NCBI GenBank assembly: GCA_965240325.2
Contig: OZ251232.1
Span: 186,001 to 250,000 of the forward strand
Direction: 5' to 3'
DNA from: Rebecca billardiae RCC1528
Taxonomy: Eukaryota > Protista > Haptophyta
DNA: 64,000 bases
The translations under genes and the position numbers were made by a program. Positions 43,547 to 56,114 of the stretch are shown here, piece after piece (within the stretch, counting starts at the first letter, position 1; each line of letters opens with the position of its first letter). Under the pieces are notes generated by a model. That model was not told where the DNA came from and made no database searches. It saw only the letters and a program-made list of their open reading frames with translations.

Positions 43547-44716
43547 ATGAGGCATGGCGGCCGCCTCGCGTTCGCGCTCCTCGCCGTCGCTCGCGCGGCT
43601 CTGGCGGCGGCGGCGACCGTGGCCCTGCCGGAGGAGGTAGCCCCCCTGCGCCGCCTGGTCGTATCGCGCGTCGGCGAGCAGGGCGAGCGCGGCCCGCTCA
43701 TCATCGGCGTGGGCGATGGCGGCGAGTGCTTTGTGCGGATGCTCGAGAACTGGCTGTGCCACCTGCGCCGGCTCGCCATCCGCGAGTACGCCTTCTTCGC
43801 GCTGGACGAGCGCGTGCACGCGCTGATGCGCGCGCGCGACGAGCCCGTCGTCCGCCTCCGCCAGCTCGTCGCCAGCCGGCTCGAGCGCATCGGCAGCTAC
43901 GGCTCGCAGGGGTACGGGCCGGCGACCTTTGCCAAGGTGCGCGCGGCGCTCGCCGTGCTCGAGCTCGGCTTCGAGGTGCTCGTGGTCGACATCGACGTGG
44001 CGCTGCAGGCCGACCCGCGGCCGTACCTCGCGCGCCACGCCGCCTCCGCCCGCGCGGACATGCTCTTCCAGCTCAACTTCCCCAACCCCGACCTGAACAC
44101 GGGCTTCTACTGGGCGCGGCCGAGCGGCGGCACGCTGGCGCTCATGCGCGCGTGGTGCGCGGCTGGCGAGGGCAAGGAGCGCGTGATCGACCAGAACGCG
44201 CTGAACGAGTACCTTGCGTCGCACTGCGGCGCGCCCGACGTCTCGCCGGGCAAGAACAAGCGCGGCAACACCTCGCACGTCGTGCGCGTGCGCGGCTGCG
44301 GAGGGTACGCGGTGAGAGTCGAGTCGATCCCGATCGGGCTGGTGCGCACCGCGCAGGTGGCCTCGCGCACGCTGCCCGTCGACGCGCCCGTGCTCGCGTG
44401 GCACGCGAACTTCGTGATGGGCGGGCAGCGGAAGCAGTACTTCCTGATGAGCGCGCCCGAGATCAAGCACGGCTGGTGCGCGCCCAACCGCACGCTCTGC
44501 CCGGCGCCGTGGGACAAGCCGCACCTCGCGATCACCGCGTCAGGCAAGCGCGCGCCCGGCGCGCCGCCGTACGTGCCGCCGGGGAGCGCGGCGGCGCGGG
44601 CGAGGGCGGTGGCGAAGGCGGCGGCGAAGGCGAGGGCGAAGGCGGTTGCGAGAGGGGCAGCGGGCACGGCGCGCGGCCCTCGCGCGGTGCGCCGGCTCCG
44701 AGCTCCGGCACCGTGA
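43547..44716 (+). CDS. Nucleotide-diphospho-sugar transferase (GT77-like)
   Basis: Signal anchor; MLENW; K...LELGFEVLVVDIDV (DxD); LNTGFYWARP; DQNALN; HAN...K. Confidence 0.85.
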   Translation: MRHGGRLAFALLAVARAALAAAATVALPEEVAPLRRLVVSRVGEQGERGPLIIGVGDGGECFVRMLENWLCHLRRLAIREYAFFALDERVHALMRARDEPVVRLRQLVASRLERIGSYGSQGYGPATFAKVRAALAVLELGFEVLVVDIDVALQADPRPYLARHAASARADMLFQLNFPNPDLNTGFYWARPSGGTLALMRAWCAAGEGKERVIDQNALNEYLASHCGAPDVSPGKNKRGNTSHVVRVRGCGGYAVRVESIPIGLVRTAQVASRTLPVDAPVLAWHANFVMGGQRKQYFLMSAPEIKHGWCAPNRTLCPAPWDKPHLAITASGKRAPGAPPYVPPGSAAARARAVAKAAAKARAKAVARGAAGTARGPRAVRRLRAPAP

Positions 44717-44921
44717 CGGCTCGTCAAGGATGTGCGCCTCTTAGTCTTATTAGATCAGATGCCGTGATTACGACCGCGTGTCGTATTCGCACTTGTAAAG
44801 TACCTGTTGAGCGGCGTCGTTACGCGCGCTCGTAATATCGCAGCCTCACAGTCGGCGGCCAACAGCAGCACGGCCACCACCAAGGCCGAGGCTCGGCCGC
44901 CGCTGCCAGCTCGCGTGAGCG

Positions 44922-47008
44922 ATGGCCCCGGCGTTTGACGAGCTGCGCGCGTCGGTGAACCACTCGTTCCTCTCGATCATCGACCGGCTCGAGTCGCACG
45001 AGTCGGAGATCAGCCGGCTCAACCGCGTCGTCTTCGACCTGCGCCTCAAGGGCGTGCAGCGCGCCGTCGCGCTCTGGCGCAAGACCGACCTGGCCCGCGC
45101 GTTTGTGGGCTGGCTCGGCGTGCTGCGCGCGCGCCAGGCGCGCGAGGAGCGGCTGCCGCTCGACGTGCTCCGCGAGTGGCGCGGCGTGGTCGTCCGCGCG
45201 CGCGCGCGCGAGCACCACGCCCTCCGCGCGCTCGCGCGCATGCAGAACCGGCTGTCCGCGCGCTGCCTGAGCGCGTGGCAGTACGTGGCGCGCGAGCGCG
45301 CGGACGCGCGGCGCACGCTGGGCGCGCGCGTGCGGCGGGTGCGCCGCGCGCGCGCGGCGGCGGTGCTCGACGCGTGGCGATTCGTCCTGACCGGCGCGCG
45401 CGCGCGCCGAGCCGCCGTGCGCGAGCTCGCGCGCGGCGCGTGCGCTCGGCTGCTCGACTCGGACGCCGCGCTGAGCGCGCGCACGCTCAACAGCCTGCGC
45501 GCGTTCGGCAGCGCGGCGCGCGCGCGGCGCGAGGGGTTCCGCAGGCAGGCGATGGGCTGGCGCCACGCCGCCGAGCGCGGCACGCTCCTGCGCTGGCGCG
45601 CCCGCGCGTCCGAGCGCGCGCGCCTCCTCGCGGGCGGCGCGCGCGCGGCGCGGCTCTGGCTGCAGAGCGTCGGCAGCCGCGTGCTGAGGGCGTGGCGCGC
45701 GGGGGTGGCGGAGGCGCGGCGCGAGCGCGAGCAGGCGAGCGTGGCGCGGCTCGACGAGAGGCTCGGCGCGCTGCAGCGGGAGCACGCGTCGACGCGCGCA
45801 CTCGCCGACGCGGCCTCGGCGCGCGCCGCCCAGCTGGCAGAGGCGGTCGCGACGTTGAGCGCTGCCGGCGGCGGCGGCGGCGGCGGCGAGGGTGGCAGCG
45901 GCCGCGGCGGCGGCGGCGGCGGCGGCGGCGGCAGGGGGAGCAGCGCCGCGAGCGGCGGCGCCGCCCACGCCGCCGACCCCGCGCCCTCCGACGCGCTCGG
46001 CGCCCTCCGCGCCGAGCTGGGCACGGTGCGCGCCGAGCTGTCCGCTCTGATCAAGTCTGGCGCGCTGCGCGGCGGCGGCGGCGGCTTGGGGGCGCTCTCG
46101 CCGAGCGGGCGGCGCGAGCGGCCGATGCCGAGCACGGCGACGGCGGTGGAGAGCGCGCAGGCGGCGAGCGCACAGGCCGCGGCGGCGCATGCCGCGGCGA
46201 GCACCGCCAGCGCCGCCCTCGCCGAGCTCGCGCGGCGCGTTGACTCCGTCTCGCAGATGGCCGCTGACTCGTCCGCGCGCGCCGCGCGCGCAGAGGTGGC
46301 GTTCGAGAGCGCGTTCGGCGCGCGGCTGGAGGCGGCGACGGCGGAGGCGGCCGAGGCGGCGTCCGCCGCGGCGGCGAAGGCGGCCTCGTCCCTCCGCGCC
46401 GAGGTCAAGTCGGAGGTGCGCCGCGTGCGCGCCGCCATCCGCGCGCTGATGGAAGCGGGACCGTCGGCGGGCGCGACGCGCTGCCTGCTGTGTGGTGACG
46501 AGGCGTTGGTCGAGCCGCGCCGGCGCTCGCCGCCGCGCAAGTCGCCGTCGCCGCCGCGGCCCATCTCGCCTCGCGCCGTCTCGCCGCGCGCCGCGCTGCG
46601 CACGGCCGCGCGCGCGCGCGGCGTGCGCTCCGGCGCGCACGCCGACGCGCGCGCCTCGGCGGGCGCGCGCGGCCGCTCGCCGCCGCCCGGCGCGGCTGGC
46701 GGCGTGAGCCTTGCGAGCGAAGACGAGATTGCGATCTGGGCGGTGCTCGAGCCGGAGGAGGGGGGCACGATCGTGGGCATCGACAAGCGCATCTACCGGG
46801 GGCGCGCGGAGAGCGAGCTCGGCGCGGCCGAGCCGGGCGGTGCCGACGAGCCCGGCGGGCCGCGCGGGCCGCCGCCCGCGGGCGGTACGCGCGCAGAGGC
46901 CGCGGGCGGGACGCGCGCTGAGGCGTGGTACGAGCACGCGGTGCACGCGCTTGGCGCGCGCGACGGTGCCGGCGAGCCGGAGGCGAGCGCGAGCACGGCC
47001 GACGGCGT

Positions 47009-47039
<31 letters not shown>

Positions 47040-47714
47040 CGCGTCGCCGTCGAGCCGATCCTCGGCGCGCGCGCGTGCGGCACCCAGCGCGCGGCGCACG
47101 CAACGGCCGCGCCCGCCGCCCCGCCGCCGTCCGCGCCCGCGCTCGGCCGCGGCGGCACGGAGGCGCAGCGTCTGCAGCGCGAGCACGCGCGCGCGATGGA
47201 GCGCATGCGCGCGCCGCACGCCGCGGGGACGGGCCCGGGCCGGCCGCGGCCGAGCTCGGCGGGCCGGGCGACGGCGACGGCCGCTCGGCCGAGGCTCCCC
47301 CTCGCCGCGCACACCCTCGGCTCCAGACCGAGCAGCGCGCGCGGCGCAGCGCGCGAGCCGATCGGCGGCGGCGCGCCGAGCGGAAGCATCACTGCGCGGG
47401 CGCGCCCCACTCCCGCCGGCGTCCCCGCCGGCGCCGCCGGGGCCGCGGCGGGCAGTCGTACCGCCGACGGGGCGGCAGTCGCCGACGCCCACGGCGGCGT
47501 CGCCAGCCGAGCGGACGCCCCCTCCGCCAGGCCCTCCTCGCCCACGGCGGCGGTGCTGGCCGTCTCGATCCCGTCGCCGCGACCGGAGCGGCCACCCGCT
47601 GCGCCCACCGGGGCCGACGCCACCGCCGGGGCGGCACAAGGGCAGCCGCCGCCTGTCGCAGCCAGCGGCAGCGGCAGTTGCAGTGGCGCCGCTGCGGACG
47701 AAGCAGTCGCCTGA
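44922..47714 (+). CDS. Sfi1-like W-repeat/coiled-coil protein (gene model after ~46750 uncertain)
   Basis: Regularly spaced Trp motifs (RAFVGW, LREW, CLSAW, VLDAW, AMGW, LLRW, LRAW) followed by a coiled coil and a low-complexity tail. Confidence 0.55.
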
Positions 47715-48825
47715 GTCCGGGGGGCACTCTGCACCGCTGAGTCGGCGTCGCAGTGCTGCGGGCTGTGCCGGCTGCGGGTCTGCGCACCGTGGCGGGCCTG
47801 GCGCGGTGGGCAGTCACGGGAACGTCACGGGGGCGCGGCGCCCGCCGCCCGGCGGCGGCGGTGGCATGCGGGGCTGCGCTGCGGAGGCGTGATGGCTCTA
47901 CTGGCATCGTCACTATACGAGCAGTACGATACCGCGTATACGACGATCGTCTAATCGGAGCCCGCCGCGCCCGCGCATCAATCACTTGCGCAGCGCAGCA
48001 GCACGGACGAAAAGTACTGCCGTGACGGATATACCGGTCACGAGCGTGCGCGCCAATCACCAGTGGCAACATGCTGCTCAGTCGCGCCGACACCGGCGGG
48101 CTCTATCTACTGCTACTACTACTACTCATCAGATTATTCGCGATATCATCGCGTCTATCTGTAATCTGATATTCCTTTGGAGTTTGGGCGGCGGGCTCGG
48201 ACGAGCCGCAGCGCGTCGTTGTAGTATCTGCTGCGTATCACTACTATATATATATATAGTGATATAGTAGCTGATGCTAGCATCAGGGACGCGGGCCGCA
48301 GCTGACAGATGACATATGAATTATGATGACGAGTCGTTCTGCTACTTATTATATCATCATTATCAGCTGCTGTCGCCCGTGTCCGTGTCACCTCAAAGAT
48401 GTGCGGGTGCCTTTTCCGGCCACGTTCCACGAGATTTTCTTAAAACTGCACTAGCAACCGACGGCCAATCAACGCCCGGCCTGCACCAGGGGCGGTGGAG
48501 GGCATGAATAGGTTTTTGAGCAACCGCCGAGCCTGGTTGAGTCGCTCCGTTCCGGCTGAGCGCCGGTCGAACGGCCCCTCGCGGTTTGTCGAAGTCATGG
48601 ACGGAGCGGGGAGCTCCCGCCGGCCACCGCGCCGGAGCTCGTCACCGCCGCCACGCGGGGAGGACGATTGCGGAATGTCGGCGTCATCTGGCGCGGCATC
48701 AATATCGGAATCGGAGACCATGTCGTCGTGCAGTGGCTGCAGAAGAACGGCAGGCCTTCGGAGCGCGCCGGGCTCGCGCAGGTGCGCCGCGTCGTCAAGA
48801 AGTCGTCGCGGGGTCAGTGACCCTC

Positions 48826-50228
48826 ATGGTAAAGTGGTTCTACTTCGTGGAGGACTTGCCTGGCAAGACGCGCACCGCAGACTACCACCCTGCGGAGGTC
48901 TACGAGCACGTCGGCAACTGGAAGGAGGAGGAGATCGAGGTCGAGACGGTGCATGGCAAGGTGATGGTGTGGAAGAACCTTGCGGAGTTCATCGCGCGCG
49001 GGGGCGCACTGGACTTCTTCGTGAATGCATGGACCGCGTTCAAGCGCCCGAGGTGCGCCGCCCCGCCCGCGATCCCTCCCTGCGCGCGCATACCCGCGGC
49101 GCGCCAACACCGCGTGTCGTCGTCCGCCCCGTCGTCTGTGATGCCAGGCAGGGCGAGTCCGAGCCGCAGCCGTTCAAGGCCAAGCGCAACGTGCTGCATG
49201 TGGCGAACATGAATCTGACCGAGCCACCCGAGGAGGTCATCGCGCAGCTCCCGACCGCCCGCATGCCATTCGAGTTCGGTGTCGGCCTGAAGGCCTGGAA
49301 GCAGCCGGACGGCGGCATCGTGCTGCCGACGACGACAGGGGCTGCGGAGGACGGGCAGCAGCGCGGCTACCCGCTGCGGCCGTGCTTGCTCGGGGAGGCG
49401 GACGAGCACGTGCTCGATCTCGGTACGATCGGATCCCGCTGCGCGCGCGCCGTGCCCGCTCCCCCCCGCCGCCCGTGTTGACGCGCGTCCTGCGCGCGTG
49501 CCCGCGCGCGCCGCGCAGGGCGCGATGAGATTGGCATCGCCGCGGACGCCGATCTGGTTGCGGCGTGCGTCGAGTCCGAGCGCCGTGTCGCGGGCTGCCT
49601 CGCCAGCAGTAAGGTGTATCGCCACGTCACCATCGTCGCCATCGAGCACGGCGCGAAGCTGTACCGCCCGCCGGCGGAGGCTGTGCACAACCTCGTCGCG
49701 CGGTACCGTGAGTTCCTGTGGCGGGAGCCGATGCACATTCGCGTCCGCCAGCAGCAGCAGGCGGCGATCTTCGATCGGCTGCTCACGCGCGTCGTCGCGC
49801 ACTGCCGAGGCTTGCACGCAGCCGAGCGCGCATCGGTCCAGGTCGATGCCACCGCGTACGATGCTGCCGTCATCGACCTCTTCGCCGAGGACCGCCTGGG
49901 CCGCTGGCTGCGCGGCCGGTACGAGCTCGAGCTCGCATCTCACGCGAGCTTGCCGCTCGCCCCCGGCTGGCCCTTCTTCTCGATCGCTCCGCTGAACGGC
50001 AACGCGTCGGACAACTACGCCGAGATCTTCTCTCCCGCCACGACGCTCGCCGAGAGCCCGCACCAGCTCGTCCTGTTCACCGACTTCCAGTCGGTCATCG
50101 GCCTGCGCTTCACCTGGCGTAAGTGGAAGGATGTCACAGCGACCGGCGGGACAATCATCGGCGGCTCGCCGCCGCCGACCGCGGGCTACCATCCGAATAG
50201 TGGGCGGGGATGTACGTACGGCTGGTAG
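48826..50228 (+). CDS. Hypothetical protein; exons 48826-49052, 49148-49422, 49519-50228
   Basis: Three segments with host-like codon usage are joined in frame by two GT-AG introns; family not recognised. Confidence 0.7.
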
Positions 50229-51988
50229 GCATGACGTAGTCAGTCACGGCTCAGCACTCCAGTCGCACTATCCCGCATTGGCGCCATATTCGTTCGTGAT
50301 ACTCGTCAGTCTTATTCGTCGGATGAGGCCCGCGCTCGCGGGCCGCGCGGCGGCGCGGGCCGCGCGGGCTGCGCGGGCCCGACGCGTGCCACCGCCACCG
50401 GCCACTGTGGCAGCGCGCGGCGGCGCGGGCCGGATACGGTCGTGCCAGGCTCCGGTTCGGGCGGGCGGCCGGCTTAGACCCCCCTGCAAGCCCGGCGACG
50501 CCACTGCGGGTCACGCTCAGGGACGGCGGCAGAGCCGGCCCACTGACTGGTCTCGCCGCCCGCGGGTGCGCAACCGTGACCGTCAGTTCCGCGCGGGCAC
50601 CAGAACTGCGGAGCACGGCCGCGGCGGCGCGGCCGAGTCGCTGTTACTGGCTGCTCGCGATTGGGATGCAGCAGCTCTACCAGCGACCAGCCACTTGAAG
50701 CATGTACACACTCACCAAGCCTTGCCGCGCGGCAGTCACGTTTGCCCGCCACGCGTGGCCCGTGGCCGTGCCCGTGGGGCGACCGGCTCAGGCAGCGCAG
50801 CGGGGCGGCTCGCGCTCCCTGACTGTCGTTGCGAGCTAGCACTTCTGTGGTCTCCCTGCTTCCTCTCGAGACCTTGCCCGCTCCTTCAGACGTGCTCGCG
50901 CAGCACCCGTGTCGCGAAAGCTCTCGGGCTCGCGCTTGGATGGCGCATCGCATTCGTGTCGGCTGCCCGCGTGCAGTACAGCCCACGCGAGGCGCAGCCA
51001 CGGCCCCTTGTCGAGAGGCTCAGATACCCCTGGGATGGCCCAACGACCCCGCTGCCGCCGCGGCCACGGCGGGCGCGCGCCAACGCTCGCCTCCCCGAGT
51101 CGCCGCCCCGGCAGCCGGGGCGCGGCGGCCCCGGGCCGCCCGCAACCAGACCGGGCTCAGAACGCGTATTACCGGTTTGGCGGCCGTAGGTAGAGGGCCC
51201 ACCCCTTGCCCTCGCGAGTCCAGGATTTGATGCAAGACCGCCAGACCAAGGGCCGTGGCCAGACGAGAGGATAGGGATTTCGTGCAAGACGGCGCCTAGT
51301 CGTGAGGAGCCTTGATTGAAGAAAAAGTTTAGTCAGTCGACTGACTAAACTCATCTCCCCTACAAATGTTCAGGAGATCAAGGCTAGAAGCGTCCAGAAA
51401 CGGCACCCGCACATCTTTGAGGTGCATTAGACGCTGAAGCACGGCGGGCTGCACTCTACGGGGCGCAGCGCACCGCCGCACCGGCACTCCGCAGCAGCGC
51501 AGCATCCGTGGCAGCACTTCGTCGCGTCTTCATCGTCGTCTGACGTACCGCGTGACCCGTGCGGCTCCAATCTGATTCTGAGTCCGTCGGACGGTCGGTC
51601 GGACGGCCGGGACCCGCCGGCGTCACGGTGGCATCATGCAGCATAACGGCGCGGTTTCCGGGTCCGTGAGCACACATCGGATATATCATCGTCGATCGTA
51701 GTCACGTCAGCGCGCGCGTCCCCGGGCCCACTACCCAGGACTCCCTGGAGGCGCGCGCGTGCCACCCGACCGTCCCGACCGCGGCAACCCGCCGGGGCCC
51801 TCGGCTCAGCCTCGCGTCAGACCGGTCGAGCCGCGAGCAGGCGTCGCCTCCGGGAGTAGTCGTCGAGTCGCGGCTTCTTTGCGCGCACTGCGGGCACGCG
51901 CAGCCTTGCCGCGTGCGCGCCGTGCTGCACGCCACTCCGCACGGCCGGCATCGGCCCGACTGCAAGGCTGCCCAGGCGCGCTGGCCGC

Positions 51989-52732
51989 TCACATGTCCTC
52001 AGGCAGGCGCATGCCGTCCGGCAGGCCAGCATACCCGTCCACAGGCGCTCGCAGCACGCGCATGCTGGTGACGACGTGGCAGACGAGGAGCCAGCAGTAG
52101 GTGAGCTCGATGCGCACGAGCGCGTTGCCCACCTCGACAAAGTACTCCTGGTCCGCGTGCACCGGCACGTTGGGCTTCCCCCACTTGGGCGCGTCGCCCG
52201 CAAATGCGAAGCCGTCGGCCGCCTTGCCGTGCAGCAGGAAGCTGAAGCGGTCGTGCACCATCGCCTCGAACTGGGCGAGGTCGAGGACGCCGCCGGTGGG
52301 GTTGCCATTGATCACGCGCGCAGTCGACCAGTCCATCCGCCGGTCGAGGGGCGCGTTCGCCATCCCCTTCCCGGCGATCTCCGGGGGCAGCGCGGTGAAC
52401 GAAAACGCGGACTTCAGGTCGCCCTCGCGCAACGAGTGCAGCACAAACTCGACGACAGTGCGCGGGGCGATCTCGGCGTGCGGACCGCGGCTTCGCATCC
52501 GATCGAAATTGTCGAGCCCGCGTCGCCGCGCCTCGCCCATGAAGGACTCGAACGAGAAGTCGACCGCCGCGGTCTCGTTTTCCGCGGGAGGATCGCATGC
52601 ACGAATGCGTGCGCGCGGGCCCGTGGCGCAGCTGCGTGCGCCGAGCATCGCTGAGCGCGTGGGGAGCGGGTGCAGGCTGGCCGGTGCGCGCACCGCTGCC
52701 GCCACCGCCACCGTGATCGCCAGGCTCCACAT
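51989..52732 (-). CDS. Predicted plastid-targeted protein, DUF4864/NTF2-like
   Basis: Signal plus transit-like leader; PHAEIAPRTVVEFVLHSLREGDLKSAFSF resembles the algal PxxVVxxQLxAL...AFxF family. Confidence 0.6.
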   Translation of the reverse strand: MWSLAITVAVAAAVRAPASLHPLPTRSAMLGARSCATGPRARIRACDPPAENETAAVDFSFESFMGEARRRGLDNFDRMRSRGPHAEIAPRTVVEFVLHSLREGDLKSAFSFTALPPEIAGKGMANAPLDRRMDWSTARVINGNPTGGVLDLAQFEAMVHDRFSFLLHGKAADGFAFAGDAPKWGKPNVPVHADQEYFVEVGNALVRIELTYCWLLVCHVVTSMRVLRAPVDGYAGLPDGMRLPEDM

Positions 52733-52968
52733 CTCGCGCTCGTGCCCCTTGCCGCCGCGGAGCGGCACGCTCGCTCCGCTAGGCTGCCTGCCGCCTGGCC
52801 TGCCGCCGCCCGCTCCCGCCGGCGCGGGCGGCCAACAGACTGTGCGGATTCGTCGCGATTGTCCTGCGCGCTTTTTTTTGTCGCCCGCAGCTTCGTCAGA
52901 ATATTCATTCATTCGGTCACGGCGGTGCTCATCGACACTCCTCTGGACGGCGCTCGGCCTCCATCACC

Positions 52969-53649
52969 ATGCGCGGCGTCACGCAGACATGCCTGGCCTT
53001 CTTGGCGCTGGTGGGCGGCGCTGCAGGGCTCGGCGGTGTGCAGCATGCGCGTGTCTCAACCGTCGCTCGCCGAACGCCCCCGATCGCCCGCGCGACGCCG
53101 GCGATGCTCTTCGACCGTTCGCGCCGCTCTGCCGGGATTGATGACCGCAAGGTCACCATTCAGAAGCCGCTCGGCCTCGTGCTGCAAACGGGCCAGGGCG
53201 GCTCGGTGTACATCGACGAGATCGTCGACGGGAGTAACGCCGCCGAGCTCGCGCAGCAGGGCCTCATCAACAAGGGCGATGTCGTCGTGATGTGCAGCGC
53301 GACGTTTGGCGACTCCATGTGGTCCACCCGCGGCGTCGGGCGCGACCGTGTCGTGCGAGCGATCAACGTGCGTGCCGGCGCGGTGTCGCTCGTGCTGGAG
53401 ACACCCGATAAGTACAGCAAGTCCTCGAAGGCGGCACAGGCGGAGGCGGAGCGCGTGAGGCAGGTGAGGCGCCGCGTTGCCCGGACACGCGTGCATGTGC
53501 GCGCGTCCGTGCCGCGTACCACACGGCTCACGCGTCGCGCGTGCTGCGCACTGCCCGCACAGGCGCGGGCGGAGCAGGTGCAGAAGCTGCAGGATGAAAT
53601 CATCTCGGAAGAGCAGGGGAAGAAGAAGGGACCTTTCGGGCTCTGGTGA
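52969..53649 (+). CDS. Predicted plastid PDZ-domain protein (MET1/ZKT-type PDZ); intron 53464-53562
   Basis: Bipartite leader; KPLGLVL...VYIDEIVDGSNA...GDVV...SATFGDSMW...VSLVLE. Confidence 0.8.
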   Translation: MRGVTQTCLAFLALVGGAAGLGGVQHARVSTVARRTPPIARATPAMLFDRSRRSAGIDDRKVTIQKPLGLVLQTGQGGSVYIDEIVDGSNAAELAQQGLINKGDVVVMCSATFGDSMWSTRGVGRDRVVRAINVRAGAVSLVLETPDKYSKSSKAAQAEAERVRQVRRRVARTRVHVRASVPRTTRLTRRACCALPAQARAEQVQKLQDEIISEEQGKKKGPFGLW

Positions 53650-54750
53650 TTACCCGCAGGCAGTAACGCAGGCCTTGGCATTGCCGCGTGCTTACGGCGT
53701 GCTGCTACGGCGGTTCTGAACCGCAGAGTCACGCGTGCTTACACATGCTGCTCGCGGCGCGAGGTTGGAGCGTGCTGCCGGACGGTTCGAAGCCACAGCG
53801 AGGCTCCCTGGATAGGCCGCCTCGGAGTCAGTCGTGAGCGTCGTGCGGCAGCCAGTGGGCATCACGCAGACGGATCGAACCGACGGCGTGATGCCACCAG
53901 TCCCGACTCTCCCGCCCGTCCCGGTCCCGTTCAGACCCGGACCTGGGAGTGTCGGATCATGCTGATTCACTTGCTGATTCACTTGGAGCACTGTGACTGA
54001 GTCTGACACTCAGTGACACTCACTGATCAGTGATCACTCACTGACAATCTATCGTCAGCTCACTACTCTCGATGACTGCGCCGCGGCCCGTGCGCGGCAT
54101 GAGTGGCGGCGGCATCCGGTCTGTCAATTCGTCAGGCCCGCGCCCGCGCCCGCGGTCCGGGCGGCGGCGACTGCGCGGCCGCCAAAGTGCATGAGCTGGC
54201 GGCGGTGAGTTACCGCCGAATACCGACAGGCGTGAGGCCGCGGATCCATATATATAGCATTATGACCGCGTTCCGCGGTCCTTCCGTAGAACCAACGCAG
54301 TTAGGGGCCCGCGGTGCACCCTCCGTCGGCTGCTCGGCTGCTCAATGTCGTATGAAGATTTATAATGGGCCAGGCCCAGTGGCAGTGGCAGTACTTCTGC
54401 GAGAGACGCGTCGCAAGAGTTGGCAGTCCAGTGAGTCCAGCTTGCCCGCCGCGTGCGCCGCGGCCGCGATCTCGTCGCCGTCCATGTCCTCGAACAGTAG
54501 GGGGTCCATCTGATTAAATCGAGTTTTGATTTCTTTTCTTTTCCTTTTCAGAACTTGTTCGGCGTGTTTTCGCGATCGGCAGATTCCAAATCCGCGCTCG
54601 GCTCGGCCCGGCGCGGGAGCGGAGCTCTGAACGGGGTCGGCAAGGCTGATGGCCCTCGTCGACGGCCGTCCGCTCGCCATTGGGCGCGCCCACATCGGCG
54701 CAGGCGCCTCGCCGAGCGACTCGGTGGACACGGACACGTAGCCACGGTTC

Positions 54751-56114
54751 GTGTGGACCGGGCTCTCGCTGGGAGTCGCTGGCCAAACGACGCTCGTGCT
54801 TCATCATTTGAATCTGCGTGCTCGACGTGTGCTGCTCGCGACCAAGGAGCGCGTCCTAGGAGCACGTGCAGGAGAGCAATACGGAGACGAACATGCGCAA
54901 TATGGTGGGATGGGCATCGACAACGACTGGACACTGTCTCCTTCCCCACCCGTCGCTGCCATCTCGCCCTCGGACGTGCCCGCGACGCCTCTGCCGCAAG
55001 GGCCAGCTGCCGCCGACCAACTTGCGGACCGCTGTGCCGGGCATGACGAGGTCCAGGGCGCGGCAGATGATGATGCACGCGTGCCCATGGGTGTGTGCGA
55101 CCCGCCCGAGGTCCCTGCCGGCACCGCCGAGGGGCTCGCCTCCTCCGCGGACGGCCTCGACTGTGAGCAACCGTGCAGGCCCGAGCTACGGCCTGACGTC
55201 AACGTCAGCGCGCAGCAGCTCGAGGAGACGGCGGTGGCGGCGCGCGCCATCCACGTGCTACAGCCCTCGACCAGCTGGCGCGTGGCCGGCACTCGCCCGC
55301 GGTACGCATCGGTGCTCGACTTCATGCTCCTTGACCTCCTCCGCACGCTCGTGGTCTCGTGGAGCTCATGCTTGAGAACTCGAAGAAGCACAAGCCGTTG
55401 GTCAGAGTGTTCACCCCTGCGTGCGCCCAGACCGCGCGCGACGGTCGGACGAAGAAGCCCAAGGCGCTCACGCTCGTCTGCGTGGATGCGCTCGGCATCT
55501 CGTTGCGCCACGACTCGCCGCGGCTCGAGGTGATCGGCATCTGGCTGATGACCGTGCACAGGTGGTGGAAGGGCAAGCACGAGGACATGGAGCGCATCCT
55601 GAGCCGGAAGCAGGGCGCGTCGGCGGCGGAGAGGAAGGCGGAGCTGGATGTCGACGACACGTCGCTGGGCGCCGGCGACGACAGCTGCCCCTTCCGCGAC
55701 CTCTACTCGCCCCCCGACGCCAGCGCGCCGCGCGCGTCCGCAGCAGGCCGCGTGCAGGTGCAGCTGCACGAGCAGCGCGTGACTCCTGCTGAGCACGCGA
55801 TCATCTTGGAGCAGCAGGTGCGCCTGACGGAGCAGCAGGTGGAGCTGAACTCGTCGCGCAAGGCGATCGCGCGCGCCGTCGCCGACGCTGCGCGCGCCAG
55901 CTTGCGCGCCAACGCAACCGAGCGGGGGCACAGATCGAGCTGCGGCCGAGCGGGCTGCCATGGCTGCCGACTGCGCCGAGTTCGAGCGCGAGAGGAGAGC
56001 GGCGGAGCTCGAGGGCGAGCGCGCGGCGAAGCGCGCGCAGTCCGCCGCAGTACTGGTGGACCGGTGACGCCCTCGCGTGGGCTAGGGTACGACGAACGGC
56101 GACGACGCCGGTGA
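54751..56114 (+). pseudogene. Frameshifted coding-like cargo inside family-1 copy 2
   Basis: ORFs 54751..55533 and 55359..56114 look coding in succession with a shift near 55355; family unassigned. Confidence 0.4.

Noticed and set aside
51176-51215. Further copy of the family-2 5' end (TGGCGGCCGTAGG...CCCCTTG)
   Set aside because: Similarity is too short and no matching 3' end was found.
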